DNA of 63,217 bases, counting the filler, from Octopus bimaculoides (Eukaryota), in assembly GCF_001194135.2 (NCBI RefSeq). It is 3 parts of 3 records of this genome, joined end to end, with 100 filler letters (N's around TTAATTAATTAA, not from the genome) between each part and the next. Parts side by side here need not be neighbours in the genome. Positions count along the whole stretch, not along the records: positions 27,846 to 54,323 come from NC_068988.1; positions 54,424 to 63,217 come from NC_068982.1; 1 more part is not named here. One strand, given 5' to 3'. The notes below the pieces were generated by a model. The model was given only the letters and a program-made list of their open reading frames with translations, made no database searches and was not told the DNA's origin. Below, one piece after another: positions 52,336-63,217 of this stretch; the first letter of the stretch is position 1, and each line of letters opens with the position of its first letter. A program made the position numbers and the translations under genes.

Positions 52336-54050
52336 GTTGTAATAATAGTAAAGCTAGACTGACTAATTATCGCAGACTTTACATAATTAAAATTTTGTGA
52401 TATTTGCAGGAGATGATTAGGTTAATTCAAATGTCTGTCTGTTGTCGCTGTTGTTCTGTCCCTAGGTAAACATTGGTCCAACAGCAGCAGCAAACATAGA
52501 AGAAATAGAGTGAACAAGATGTTAGATTGATCTACACTTCCGTTGTTCCAAATACACTACTAACTCCACCTGGTGGTGGAAGACCATACTATGTACCCTG
52601 ATATAGAGTCAGATAGCAGTCTGTCCAATCTAGTTATTCTATACCACTTGTTGATTAAGCCAAAGGCAAAGGCCTTCCATCCGTGAACATCTCATCTCTT
52701 CCCTTTTAGTTATATTGTGTCTGAGGTTACATCATCCAATATTTCTTTCGCGATTTAAGACGAGAGGGTGTGATTGGAGAGAGATTTGGTTTCTATTTCT
52801 AACTGGACATGCGACCACATTAAGACTTCTTTATTGGTTCACTGTAGTTCTTGTTGAAGTTTTCAGATAAGTCCGGTCGATTAAAACTGTTCCAGCCAGA
52901 ATTATCTTACTCTTTTCGAATGTTTTTAAGACAACATTATGAAACGAATCCTTCAAGTGAATTTGTGGTGTGTTGTGCGGTGAAATGTTAATTGAAATGG
53001 TTTTGAATTCTGTTAGATGATTTATTGAAGCATGAAGAATTAGTCAGAAAATCTCCTTCATTTCACTCAAGTACCCCACTTCAATATCTTCAATACAAAC
53101 TCTGTATCCCATACGTCTCACTTTCGCCCAACTCCTCTCAAGCTTCAGTTAGAGAAAGCTCATTAAGAGCCACAGAAATCTGAGCGTAACTTCTCGCAAC
53201 AACCGAAACCAGAAACTATTCCATTAACAAAAAAACCTAAATGTTGTTTATCCAGCGATGTCAGCTATATATCCTTAATTTAGATATTACATAGGCCAAA
53301 CTTTAAATAAGTTCGAATTTTAACTCACCCTGTGCCTACACTCGTTCAAAATATCAATAAAATACCAACTACCACACTGTCTAACTATACAGGGAACTTC
53401 AAAAACTTTAACAAATCTCTCCATCTTGGAGCATACTACATAGAGATTAGTTGTACCGCTTAGCTTAGAATTCTGTTCTCCCGTTTTCGAAGAGCAAGCA
53501 ACCCCCTTTAGCAGCCACAATTATATTCAACCTCAAAATAGAAAAAGATATTTTGTAGGTATAGAGACTCCTCATGCATCAGAAACTTCAAACTAAACCA
53601 TCAATAATATATAGATATATTTACAACTAATTACCCACGTTTATGCATATCTATACACACCCATGTAAATGTATCTAATTTTGTACTTATATTTACAAAG
53701 ATCCTTATCTACATTTTTTTGTCAATTACATTTCCTTATTTCTCATCTATCAAAGCACATTCATTCTAATATATAAGCACACATATCCATGCGTACATAT
53801 GCGCGTATGTCCGTGTATGCAGCGTATCTTTCCATAGATATTTGCGCACACGTTTACGAGTATACGTATCCACTTTTACAGACTTGATTGTAAGCCTCTA
53901 TATGTACCTTCAGGCACATGCCACTGTATGTCTACAAATATACTTACGTATATATCTACATCTATGTGCATAGCTCAGACCGCTTGTGGATATGTATGTA
54001 TGTATGTATGTATTCATGTATGTATGTATCTATCTATCTATCTATCTATA

Positions 54051-54081
<31 letters not shown>

Positions 54082-54286
54082 ATGGTAGTTGTCTATTCCT
54101 TATGCAGAGTTTGACCACCTCCTGTTCCTACACCGTAGAGCCATCATGGCATCTGATGTCGCTTTTTAAACCAGAATAATATTTTGAAAAGACACCCACA
54201 TAGACTGCACATCTGATTTGGACTACCAAGAGCTGCAGTTAACATTCTAACATTCTCTCGTAGCATTCTCTCTTGAGTCCATATAT

Positions 54287-54320
<34 letters not shown>

Positions 54321-54323
54321 ATA

Positions 54324-54423
54324 NNNNNNNNNNNNNNNNNNNNNNNNNNNNNNNNNNNNNNNNNNNNTTAATTAATTAANNNNNNNNNNNNNNNNNNNNN
54401 NNNNNNNNNNNNNNNNNNNNNNN
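54324..54423. other. Artificial scaffold spacer N44-TTAATTAATTAA-N44
   Basis: Same construct as 27746-27845. Confidence 0.92.
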
Positions 54424-54454
54424 ATATATGTATATATGTATATATATGTATATC

Positions 54455-55000
54455 TTCTAATATATAAAACAGAGATGTCTGTGTATTCGCTTTTCACGTG
54501 AAACCGACTTCACCAAATGCTTCCATACTTGTGATGCATGAATAATTTGACCTCGGATAAATGTTAGGCTCTTCATTTAATTTTTTTTATGAAAAATAAA
54601 TAATATTGCTTTATATTTATGATTCACTTCTTTAAAAAAGTTCCTCAATGTCAACTTCTGGTATTGACGTAGCAACGGCAAAAAGCTTCACTCTCTATTT
54701 TGACGTTTTTGTTCCAAATGCTTACATACTTGTGATGCAATGTCAACTTCCAGTATTGACGTAGCAACGGCAAAAAGCTTCACTCTCTATTATTACGTTT
54801 TTGTGAATTCACTTTTCAAGTGAAATCGACTTCACCAAATGCTTACATACTTGTGATGCATCAATTATTTGACATCGGATAAATGTTGGGCTCTTCATAT
54901 TTATGATTCACTTCTTTAAAAAGGTTCGAAATATTTACTAAGTCCACAAATTTAAACATTCTGTACAAGAGCTTTTATTTATACCACTTTTTCATTTCAT
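54455..55000 (+). mobile_element. Possible DINE-1/HINE-like non-autonomous element with internal duplications
   Basis: Starts TCTAATATATAAAA..GTCTGTGT. The blocks GTCAACTTC..GCAACGGCAAAAAGCTTCACTCTCTATT and GTGAAA.CGACTTCACCAAATGCTT each occur twice. Confidence 0.35.
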
Positions 55001-56575
55001 GTTTATTTCATTCATTCTTCGCAATATTTTCTCTCACCTCCTCTCTCTCTCTCTCTTTCTCTCACGACACACACGCACGCGCATACACACGTGTGTCTTT
55101 GTAAATATGTTTGTATACATTTATGTATGTGTGTGTTTGTAAGAGACAGTGTGAGTGAGTCAAGGGGTGTGTTGTCATATGCATCCATCATTTTTCGATG
55201 TATGTGTGCGTGTGTGTGTGTGTGAGACAGAGTGAGAGAGAGCGGTGTGTATGTAATATTTACTCTCTCTCTCTCTCTCTCATACACACGCACACACACA
55301 CACTCACACACAAAGATGTATGCATATTTATGCATGTACGTATACATGACAACAAACCTCTCTCTCTCATTCTCTCTCACTCTCTCTCTCTCTCTGTCAC
55401 ACACACACACACACACGTCCATTTCATCTGATGTGTGATACTCTGTGTGTGTGTGTGTCTGTGCGTGCGTGCATGCATGCGTGGCAGGTTCCAGAATAGC
55501 CATTTATTTCAATTACTCTTGTGAGGATATTCACGTAAATCATTTTTTTCATTTAATCCCCATTTTAATTTTCGTAAAAGTTTCCAAGTACCAATGAGGT
55601 TTTTTGGCGCATCTTCAATTTTCTCATTCATGAGAAGCGCCCAGCCATCATTCATCTGAGAGTCCATCTACAGAATGTCCTCAAATTTCTATACAGCAGA
55701 TTTTGCTTTTTTTCTTCCCGGTCAACGCCGGGTGCCTCTGCTAGTATATATATATATATNNNNNNNNNNNNNNNNNNNNNNNNNNNNNNNNNNNNNNNNN
55801 NNNNNNNNNNNNNNNNNNNNNNNNNNNNNNNNNNNNNNNNNNNNNNNNNNNNNNNNNNNNNNNNNNNNNNNNNNNNNNNNNNNNNNNNNNNNNNNNNNNN
55901 NNNNNNNNNNNNNNNNNNNNNNNNNNNNNNNNNNNNNNNNNNNNNNNNNNNNNNNNNNNNNNNNNNNNNNNNNNNNNNNNNNNNNNNNNNNNNNNNNNNN
56001 NNNNNNNNNNNNNNNNNNNNNNNNNNNNNNNNNNNNNNNNNNNNNNNNNNNNNNNNNNNNNNNNNNNNNNNNNNNNNNNNNNNNNNNNNNNNNNNNNNNN
56101 NNNNNNNNNNNNNNNNNNNNNNNNNNNNNNNNNNNNNNNNNNNNNNNNNNNNNNNNNNNNNNNNNNNNNNNNNNNNNNNNNNNNNNNNNNNNNNNNNNNN
56201 NNNNNNNNNNNNNNNNNNNNNNNNNNNNNNNNNNNNNNNNNNNNNNNNNNNNNNNNNNNNNNNNNNNNNNNNNNNNNNNNNNNNNNNNNNNNNNNNNNNN
56301 NNNNNNNNNNNNNNNNNNNNNNNNNNNNNNNNNNNNNNNNNNNNNNNNNNNNNNNNNNNNNNNNNNNNNNNNNNNNNNNNNNNNNNNNNNNNNNNNNNNN
56401 NNNNNNNNNNNNNNNNNNNNNNNNNNNNNNNNNNNNNNNNNNNNNNNNNNNNNNNNNNNNNNNNNNNNNNNNNNNNNNNNNNNNNNNNNNNNNNNNNNNN
56501 NNNNNNNNNNNNNNNNNNNNNNNNNNNNNNNNNNNNNNNNNNNNNNNNNNNNNNNNNNNNNNNNNNNNNNNTATG

Positions 56576-56620
<45 letters not shown>

Positions 56621-58112
56621 GTATGTATACATATGCATATATGGGTACAGGACATCATCAACAGTAAACAACATAAAATATGAAAACAAATGAGTTCAAT
56701 ACGCAAACAACAAGAGAAACAAATGGAAAACAGGACAAGTAGCACAAAGAACGACCCCTTATCAGTTGTCAGCTGTCTATCTACTTCTGATTTCAAGCAT
56801 TCAACGACAACATGAGTCTTTGAAGACAGATGCTCCTATAAGTACCAAAATGAAATTTGGGATTTATGGAGGGATAAGTTGGGAACAAAAACAGGACAGC
56901 AGAGACATACAAGGAAACTGAATGAAAACAATCATGGAGGGTTGTTTGACCAGAACGAGAGTAAAATAGTGAACACTGGAGAAATATTTTCTTTGAAGAG
57001 AAAAAAGATAGAAGACAGATATAGAATACGCCCAGTCTTTAGGACAGTCCTGAAGGAAAAGAAAGATGATCACTTGAGGAAAAGAAAGATGGACAATGGT
57101 CACCGTGTGAGCAATGAGAGAGAGAAAAAGAGAAAGAGGGGCAGAGAGAGAGAGAGAGATAGAAAACAGTGAAGGGGAAGAAAAAAGGGAATTAAAGAAA
57201 TGATGAGGGAGAAAACGATAGTGGGAGAAAACAGTATAGAGAAGAGTTGTATCAAAGAGATTAAGATAAACTTACTTGGAAATGGATGCGTGGCATTCAA
57301 TCAAGTAATAATATATATATGTATATATAAATATATAGTATATATATGTGTACGTACATATNNNNNNNNNNNNNNNNNNNNNNNNNNNNNNNNNNNNNNN
57401 NNNNNNNNNNNNNNNNNNNNNNNNNNNNNNNNNNNNNNNNNNNNNNNNNNNNNNNNNNNNNNNNNNNNNNNNNNNNNNNNNNNNNNNNNNNNNNNNNNNN
57501 NNNNNNNNNNNNNNNNNNNNNNNNNNNNNNNNNNNNNNNNNNNNNNNNNNNNNNNNNNNNNNNNNNNNNNNNNNNNNNNNNNNNNNNNNNNNNNNNNNNN
57601 NNNNNNNNNNNNNNNNNNNNNNNNNNNNNNNNNNNNNNNNNNNNNNNNNNNNNNNNNNNNNNNNNNNNNNNNNNNNNNNNNNNNNNNNNNNNNNNNNNNN
57701 NNNNNNNNNNNNNNNNNNNNNNNNNNNNNNNNNNNNNNNNNNNNNNNNNNNNNNNNNNNNNNNNNNNNNNNNNNNNNNNNNNNNNNNNNNNNNNNNNNNN
57801 NNNNNNNNNNNNNNNNNNNNNNNNNNNNNNNNNNNNNNNNNNNNNNNNNNNNNNNNNNNNNNNNNNNNNNNNNNNNNNNNNNNAATTTTTACCAAGCCCT
57901 TCGGTATGTAAACACCATTATCGGTGAGGAACTTATTTAAAAGTTCTTCTACATTTATAAACATAATTAAGGGATCAGCAACAGTTGCTTCACCACATAC
58001 CGAAGTTCAGAAATAGCAGCTAAAATGTTGAAACTCCAACAGATAGCATTACCTGTAACTCACAAAGGCAAAACAAGAAGAAAAAAATAACGAAATAAAC
58101 TAGTCATAGTTA

Positions 58113-58170
58113 ATCATATACATGTTTCTGGCTTAGAAGGAAAAACTCTTCATTACGTCATCAGTATGAT
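58113..58170 (-). ncRNA. Candidate minimal type-I hammerhead ribozyme, copy 1
   Basis: Minus strand reads ATCATA-CTGATGA-CGTAATGAAGAGTTTTTCCTTCTAAGCCA-GAAAC-ATGT-A-TATGAT. This gives a 6-bp stem I (ATCATA/TATGAT), CUGAUGA and GAAA cores, a palindromic stem III (ACAUGU) and a GUA cleavage triplet. The base of stem II is imperfect. Confidence 0.55.
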
Positions 58171-58652
58171 ATTCCAGTTGCAAATTCGACAATGCTAGCA
58201 ATTGTGCATGTATGACCGAGCACCATCATAACAATCGGCACAATTTGAAAACATCTCCGAACCTACATAGGCCAGCCAGCTCATCATCCCTCCTCAAGAA
58301 TTACCATCTGCGTCACAGGCAATACTGCAGAAAATCTGCGGTTTACTATCCGGGAGTGAATAATTATTACAATTAAAAGGGTAAAGGATTATCAATTTAT
58401 TATTTGATAAATTAACAATTAATAGTTTTTACCAAGCCCTTCGGTATGTGAACACCATTATCGGTGAGGAACTTATTTAAAAGTTCTTATACATTTATAA
58501 ACATAATTAAGGGATCAGCAACAGTTGCTTCACCACATACCGAAGTTCAGAAATAGCAGCTAAAATGCTGAAACTCCAACAGATAGCATTACCTGTAACT
58601 CACAAAGGCAAAACAAGAAGAAAAAATTAACGAAATAAACTAGTCATAGTTA

Positions 58653-58710
58653 ATCATATACATGTTTCTGGCTTAGAAGGAAAAACTCTTCATTACCTCA
58701 TCAGTATGAT
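58653..58710 (-). ncRNA. Candidate minimal type-I hammerhead ribozyme, copy 2
   Basis: Same motif exactly 540 bp from copy 1. Stem II is GGU/GCC plus GAAG/CUUC, with one extra A before GAAA. Confidence 0.6.
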
Positions 58711-59300
58711 ATTCCAGATTAACTATGACTAGTTTAGTTCGTTATTTTTTTCTTCTTGTTTTGCCTTTGTGAGTTACAGGTAATGCTATCTGTTGGAGTT
58801 TCAGCATTTTAGCTGCTATTTCTGAACTTCGGTATGTGGTGAAGCAACTGTTGCTGATCNNNNNNNNNNNNNNNNNNNNNNNNNNNNNNNNNNNNNNNNN
58901 NNNNNNNNNNNNNNNNNNNNNNNNNNNNNNNNNNNNNNNNNNNNNNNNNNNNNNNNNNNNNNNNNNNNNNNNNNNNNNNNNNNNNNNNNNNNNNNNNNNN
59001 NNNNNNNNNNNNNNNNNNNNNNNNNNNNNNNNNNNNNNNNNNNNNNNNNNNNNNNNNNNNNNNNNNNNNNNNNNNNNNNNNNNNNNNNNNNNNNNNNNNN
59101 NNNNNNNNNNNNNNNNNNNNNNNNNNNNNNNNNNNNNNNNNNNNNNNNNNNNNNNNNNNNNNNNNNNNNNNNNNNNNNNNNNNNNNNNNNNNNNNNNNNN
59201 NNNNNNNNNNNNNNNNNNNNNNNNNNNNNNNNNNNNNNNNNNNNNNNNNNNNNNNNNNNNNNNNNNNNNNNNNNNNNNNNNNNNNNNNNNNNNNNNNNNN

Positions 59301-61025
59301 NATGTGGAAACTGAGGATAGAAGAATGGTTAGTGAGAGCTGTGCGAGCCATGTACAGAGACACTGTGAGTAAGGTGAGGGTTGGCAACGAGTACAGTGAA
59401 GAATTCCGGGTAGAGGTAGGAGTTCACCAAGGTTCAGTCCTCATCCTCCTCCTATTTATCATAGTCCTCCAGGCTATAACAGAGGAATTCAAGACAGGAT
59501 GCCCCTGGGAACTCCTCTATGTTGATGACCTTGCACTAATTGCTGAGTCACTATCAGAACTAGAGGAGAAGTTTCAGACTTGGAAGCAAGAACTAAAATC
59601 GAAGGGCCTTAGAGTCAACCTAGCTAAATCCAAAGTCTTAATAAGTAGGAAGGTAGACAAAACACTAACCCCTTCAGGTAGATGGCCTTGCTCAATCTGT
59701 AGAAAAGGCGTTGGTAGGAAGCTCTATAAGATGTACCCGGTGCAAGCTATCGACACATAAGAGGTGCAGCAATATCAAAGGCAGGTAAACTAGGAAGTTA
59801 GTTTTTGTATGTGACAGATGTTCAGGAGCAATAAACACTAAAAATGTGCAGAAAACAACTTTGGCCACATTCCAGGGACAAAAACTAAACTTAGTTGATA
59901 GCTTCCGCTATCTAGGTAACCAAGTTAGTAGTGGGGGAGGGTGCACTGAAAGTGTATCTGCTAGAATAAGAATAGCCTGGGCAAAGTTCAGAGAGCTCTT
60001 ACCTCTGCTGGTGACAAAGGGCCTCTCACTCAGAGTAAAAGACAAACTGTATGACGCATGTGTATGAACAGCCATGCTACATGGCAGTGAAACATGGGCC
60101 ATGACCGCTGAGGACATGTGTAAGCTCGCAAGGAATGAAGCCAGTATGCTTCGATGGATGCGTAATGTCAGTGTGCATACTAGACAGAGTGTAAGTACCT
60201 TTAGAGAAAAGTTGAACCTAAGAAGCATCAGCTATGGTGTGCAAGAGAGATGATTGTGCTGGTATAGTCATGGATGAGGATAGCTGTGTGAAAAAGTGCC
60301 ACACCCTAGCAGTTGAAGGAACCTGTGAAAGAGGTAGGCCCAGGAAGACCTGGGATGAGGTGGTGAGGCACGACCTTCGAACATTAGGCCTCACCGAGGC
60401 GATGACTTCTGACCGAGACCTGTGCGTGAGAAGACTCGGCAAGCCAAGTGAGACCTAAATCCAAGGCCTCTGCCAGGGGTGTAGCCAGCCCACTTGTGCG
60501 TACCTTCATTCATTGGAAACTAAACTCCTCTTGCAAAGACCAGTTGAGGCAAGTGAAATCGAAATCGAACTAAATTCGTAGACTGGCACCTATGCCAACG
60601 TCGTCTCCTTCATTGGACACTAAACTCGGTTTGCAAAGACTTATTGGGGCAAGCGAAAGCAAAATTGTGATGGTACCTGTGCCCAGCCTTGCCTTCCTGG
60701 CACTTGTGTCGGTGGTACGTGTAAAGACATTCGAGCGAGATCGTTGCCAGTGCCGCTGGACTGGCTCCTGTGCAGGTGGCACGGAAAATACACCATTTTG
60801 AGTGTGGCCTTTGCCAGTACCGCCTGACTGGCCTTCGTGCTCGTGGCACATAAAAGCACCCACTACACTCTCAGAATGGTTGGCGTTAGGAAAGGCATCC
60901 AGCTGTAGAAACTCTGCCAAATTAGATTGGATCCTGGTGTAGCCATCTGGTTCACCAGTCCCCAGTCAAATCGTCCAACCCATTCTAGCATGGAAAGCGA
61001 ACATTAGACAATGATGATGATGATA
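59301..61025 (+). mobile_element. RTE-like LINE: RT C-terminal half, zinc-finger insert, 3' UTR and (GAT)n tail
   Basis: GVHQGSVL, ELLYVDDL, FRYLG and LHGSETW motifs, with stops. The 3' UTR is shared with short copies at about 15060-15540, 26815-27430 and 34460-34640. Confidence 0.85.
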
Positions 61026-61032
61026 ATTTTAG

Positions 61033-61274
61033 AGAAAAGAACCAAAGTTCATGAACTCATCCATGAACATCCACAGTCACATATAGAAAAAATTAATAAG
61101 TGAATGCATGATAAATAAGTATAATAAAATACAAAGTAAAAATCATAAAATCATTATTCTATGATTTTTACTTTGTATTTTATTATACTTATTTATTGTG
61201 CATGTACTTATTAATTTTTTCTATATGTGACTGTGGATGTTCATAGATGAGTTCATGAACTTTGGTTCTTTTCT
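61033..61274. repeat. Near-perfect palindrome, 115-bp arms, 12-nt loop
   Basis: 61033-61147 pairs with 61160-61274 with a few mismatches. The right arm abuts an N gap. Confidence 0.8.
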
Positions 61275-61791
61275 NNNNNNNNNNNNNNNNNNNNNNNNNN
61301 NNNNNNNNNNNNNNNNNNNNNNNNNNNNNNNNNNNNNNNNNNNNNNNNNNNNNNNNNNNNNNNNNNNNNNNNNNNNNNNNNNNNNNNNNNNNNNNNNNNN
61401 NNNNNNNNNNNNNNNNNNNNNNNNNNNNNNNNNNNNNNNNNNNNNNNNNNNNNNNNNNNNNNNNNNNNNNNNNNNNNNNNNNNNNNNNNNNNNNNNNNNN
61501 NNNNNNNNNNNNNNNNNNNNNNNNNNNNNNNNNNNNNNNNNNNNNNNNNNNNNNNNNNNNNNNNNNNNNNNNNNNNNNNNNNNNNNNNNNNNNNNNNNNN
61601 NNNNNNNNNNNNNNNNNNNNNNNNNNNNNNNNNNNNNNNNNNNNNNNNNNNNNNNNNNNNNNNNNNNNNNNNNNNNNNNNNNNNNNNNNNNNNNNNNNNN
61701 NNNNNNNNNNNNNNNNNNNNNNNNNNNNNNNNNNNNNNNNNNNNNNNNNNNNNNNNNNNNNNNNNNNNNNNNNNNNNNNNNTCTCTATGCT

Positions 61792-62996
61792 GTGCTCTCT
61801 CCACGTTCCTTGTATGGCTCTTCTCCTCCATCTGATATAGTCCAATCAAGAATTTTGATGGCACATCTGGTGTATAAGAGAATTTGACATCGCTGCCCTA
61901 AACTGTGTCTCATTTCGAGCCATTGGTTCATCTGGTATCCTGGAGAGGAAAGCGTCGAGTTTTGTTTTGAAGACCTCCATATCCATGTCTTGCAGATCTC
62001 TCAAATGTTTTGGCAGGGCATTAAAGAGCTGAGGTCCTCGGAAACCGAGGCTGTTGCAGTACCTTGTTCTTATGTGAAATGCAGTGTACGGTACCCTTGG
62101 TGCTATGCAGTGGCAACCTGTGCGGGCATCCGTGTAGTACTTGATGCCAAAGTTTGGTACCAGTCCTTCCAGTATTTTCCATATGTATATTATTACATAT
62201 CTCTCCCGCCTACGCTCCAGAGAGTAGAGACCTAGTGCCTTCAGTCGATCCCTGTAGTTTATCTGTTGGACTGTGGCGATCTTTTTTGTATAGTGACGCT
62301 GAATTGCCTCGAGTTCTGCTATCCGCTTCACACTATGTAGTGATCACAGCTGAGAGCAATAGTCTAGGCGGCTCAAAACAGATGTCTTCCATAGAGTCAA
62401 CATGACTTGTCCGGAATGTCCTCAGTATCCACCCTGCCAGTTGTCTGCACTTTGCTGTCAACTTGACAATGTGCATGTGAAATGATGCATCACTACACAT
62501 GTTGATGCCCAGGTCTCTTACTGTTTGTGGTTCTGGGATTGCAGTACCTCCAGGTCCTGTGTATGCCAGTTGGGAGACACTTGTGGCCTTGTAGTGCAGT
62601 ACTTGAAATTTCTTTGCATTGAACTGCATATTGTTTTGCTCTACCCACTCATATATAGCATTTAAGTCATTCTGTAGTCTTACAATATCATCAGGATTCT
62701 TTATTGCCTGAGATAGTTTTGTGTCATCAGCGTAGCTAGTGACAGTGGCTCTCCGAGTGACCGTAGGCATGTCCAGAAGGGCCACTATGAACAGTAGTGG
62801 CCCCATGACAGTTCCTTGTGGAACACCGCTCAATATTTGCCTTTCCCTAAATAGTTCTCCATTGGCTGCAACTGTCTGACTTCTACCATTCAGGAAGTCA
62901 TGCAGCCATTCTCCTAATTTACCAGCTCTGCCAAGGTTTTGCAGCTTGTGACATATCAAGCCATGATCAACTTTGTCAAAGGCTTTTGCAAAGTCT
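61792..62996 (-). mobile_element. CR1-like LINE reverse transcriptase, 3' half, frameshifted
   Basis: KAFDKVDH, SGVPQGTVMGPLLF, YADDTK and YSLERRRER motifs. Confidence 0.88.
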
Positions 62997-63217
62997 TAAA
63001 TTTATTGTGTGGGTGAGTATGGGGTATACTTTGATTACTATTACTTCCCAGAACAATATTATTATTATGGTTGGTATTATTATTATGGTTGGTAGTTCTT
63101 TTTGTTGTGGGACACTTTTTATTTATATCATTAGTTTCGCCATTACTATCTACTAACACTGGTTTATTACTAGTGTTAGCATGTAGTCTACTATTAAAAT
63201 GTACTTTATTATTTTTC

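Larger units (their letters stand above)
57887..58859 (-). repeat. 540-bp tandem unit (about 1.5 direct copies) plus an inverted partial third copy; retrozyme or Penelope pseudo-LTR-like
   Basis: 57887-58177 recurs at 58427-58717 with few substitutions. 58717-58859 is the reverse complement of about 58513-58655. No recognisable ORF. Flanked by N gaps on both sides. Confidence 0.8.

Noticed and set aside
51430-52400. Long poly-Asp and poly-Met ORFs
   Set aside because: Translations of a degenerate (GAT)n microsatellite spanning an N gap, with no splice or domain support.
53329-53400. GTGAGT donor with an upstream DILNE-like peptide as gene A's missing 72-bp exon
   Set aside because: The rest of the peptide does not match the conserved exon, and the other frames contain stops.
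55652-57964. Long ORFs of 190-350 aa
   Set aside because: They consist mostly of N runs; likewise those at about 16.3k, 26k, 45.3k, 50.4k, 59k and 61.3k.

Overview
AT-rich, microsatellite-dense and repeat-dense eukaryotic DNA. The SINE and LINE content suggests a cephalopod such as Octopus, but this is inference and no database search was run. The only host genes I can support are two partial, minus-strand, intron-rich receptor (membrane) guanylyl cyclase genes of the NPR/retinal-GC family. Gene A has 5 exons (43281-28453) covering the kinase-homology C-lobe, the coiled coil and the start of the cyclase domain. Gene B has 4 exons (21299-1077) covering the kinase-homology domain and runs off the left edge. 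Gene A's 3' catalytic exons and gene B's extracellular/TM exons are not visible, and an artificial 100-bp scaffold spacer (N44-TTAATTAATTAA-N44, 27746-27845) lies between the two genes. The introns hold decayed mariner/Tc1, hAT, R4-like, RTE, CR1 and Penelope-like elements, MITEs and many tRNA-derived SINEs. The most notable observations are: (1) a 540-bp non-coding tandem unit carrying minimal type-I hammerhead ribozyme motifs, with an inverted third copy starting 3 nt from the predicted cleavage site (retrozyme or Penelope pseudo-LTR architecture); (2) a tRNA-headed SINE whose tail carries a hammerhead motif; (3) an LTR-bounded element carrying a truncated hAT transposase; (4) a GC-AG intron donor in gene B. 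Almost all ORFs in the supplied track are microsatellite, N-gap or transposon artefacts. Repeat boundaries are approximate, while exon boundaries were read base by base.
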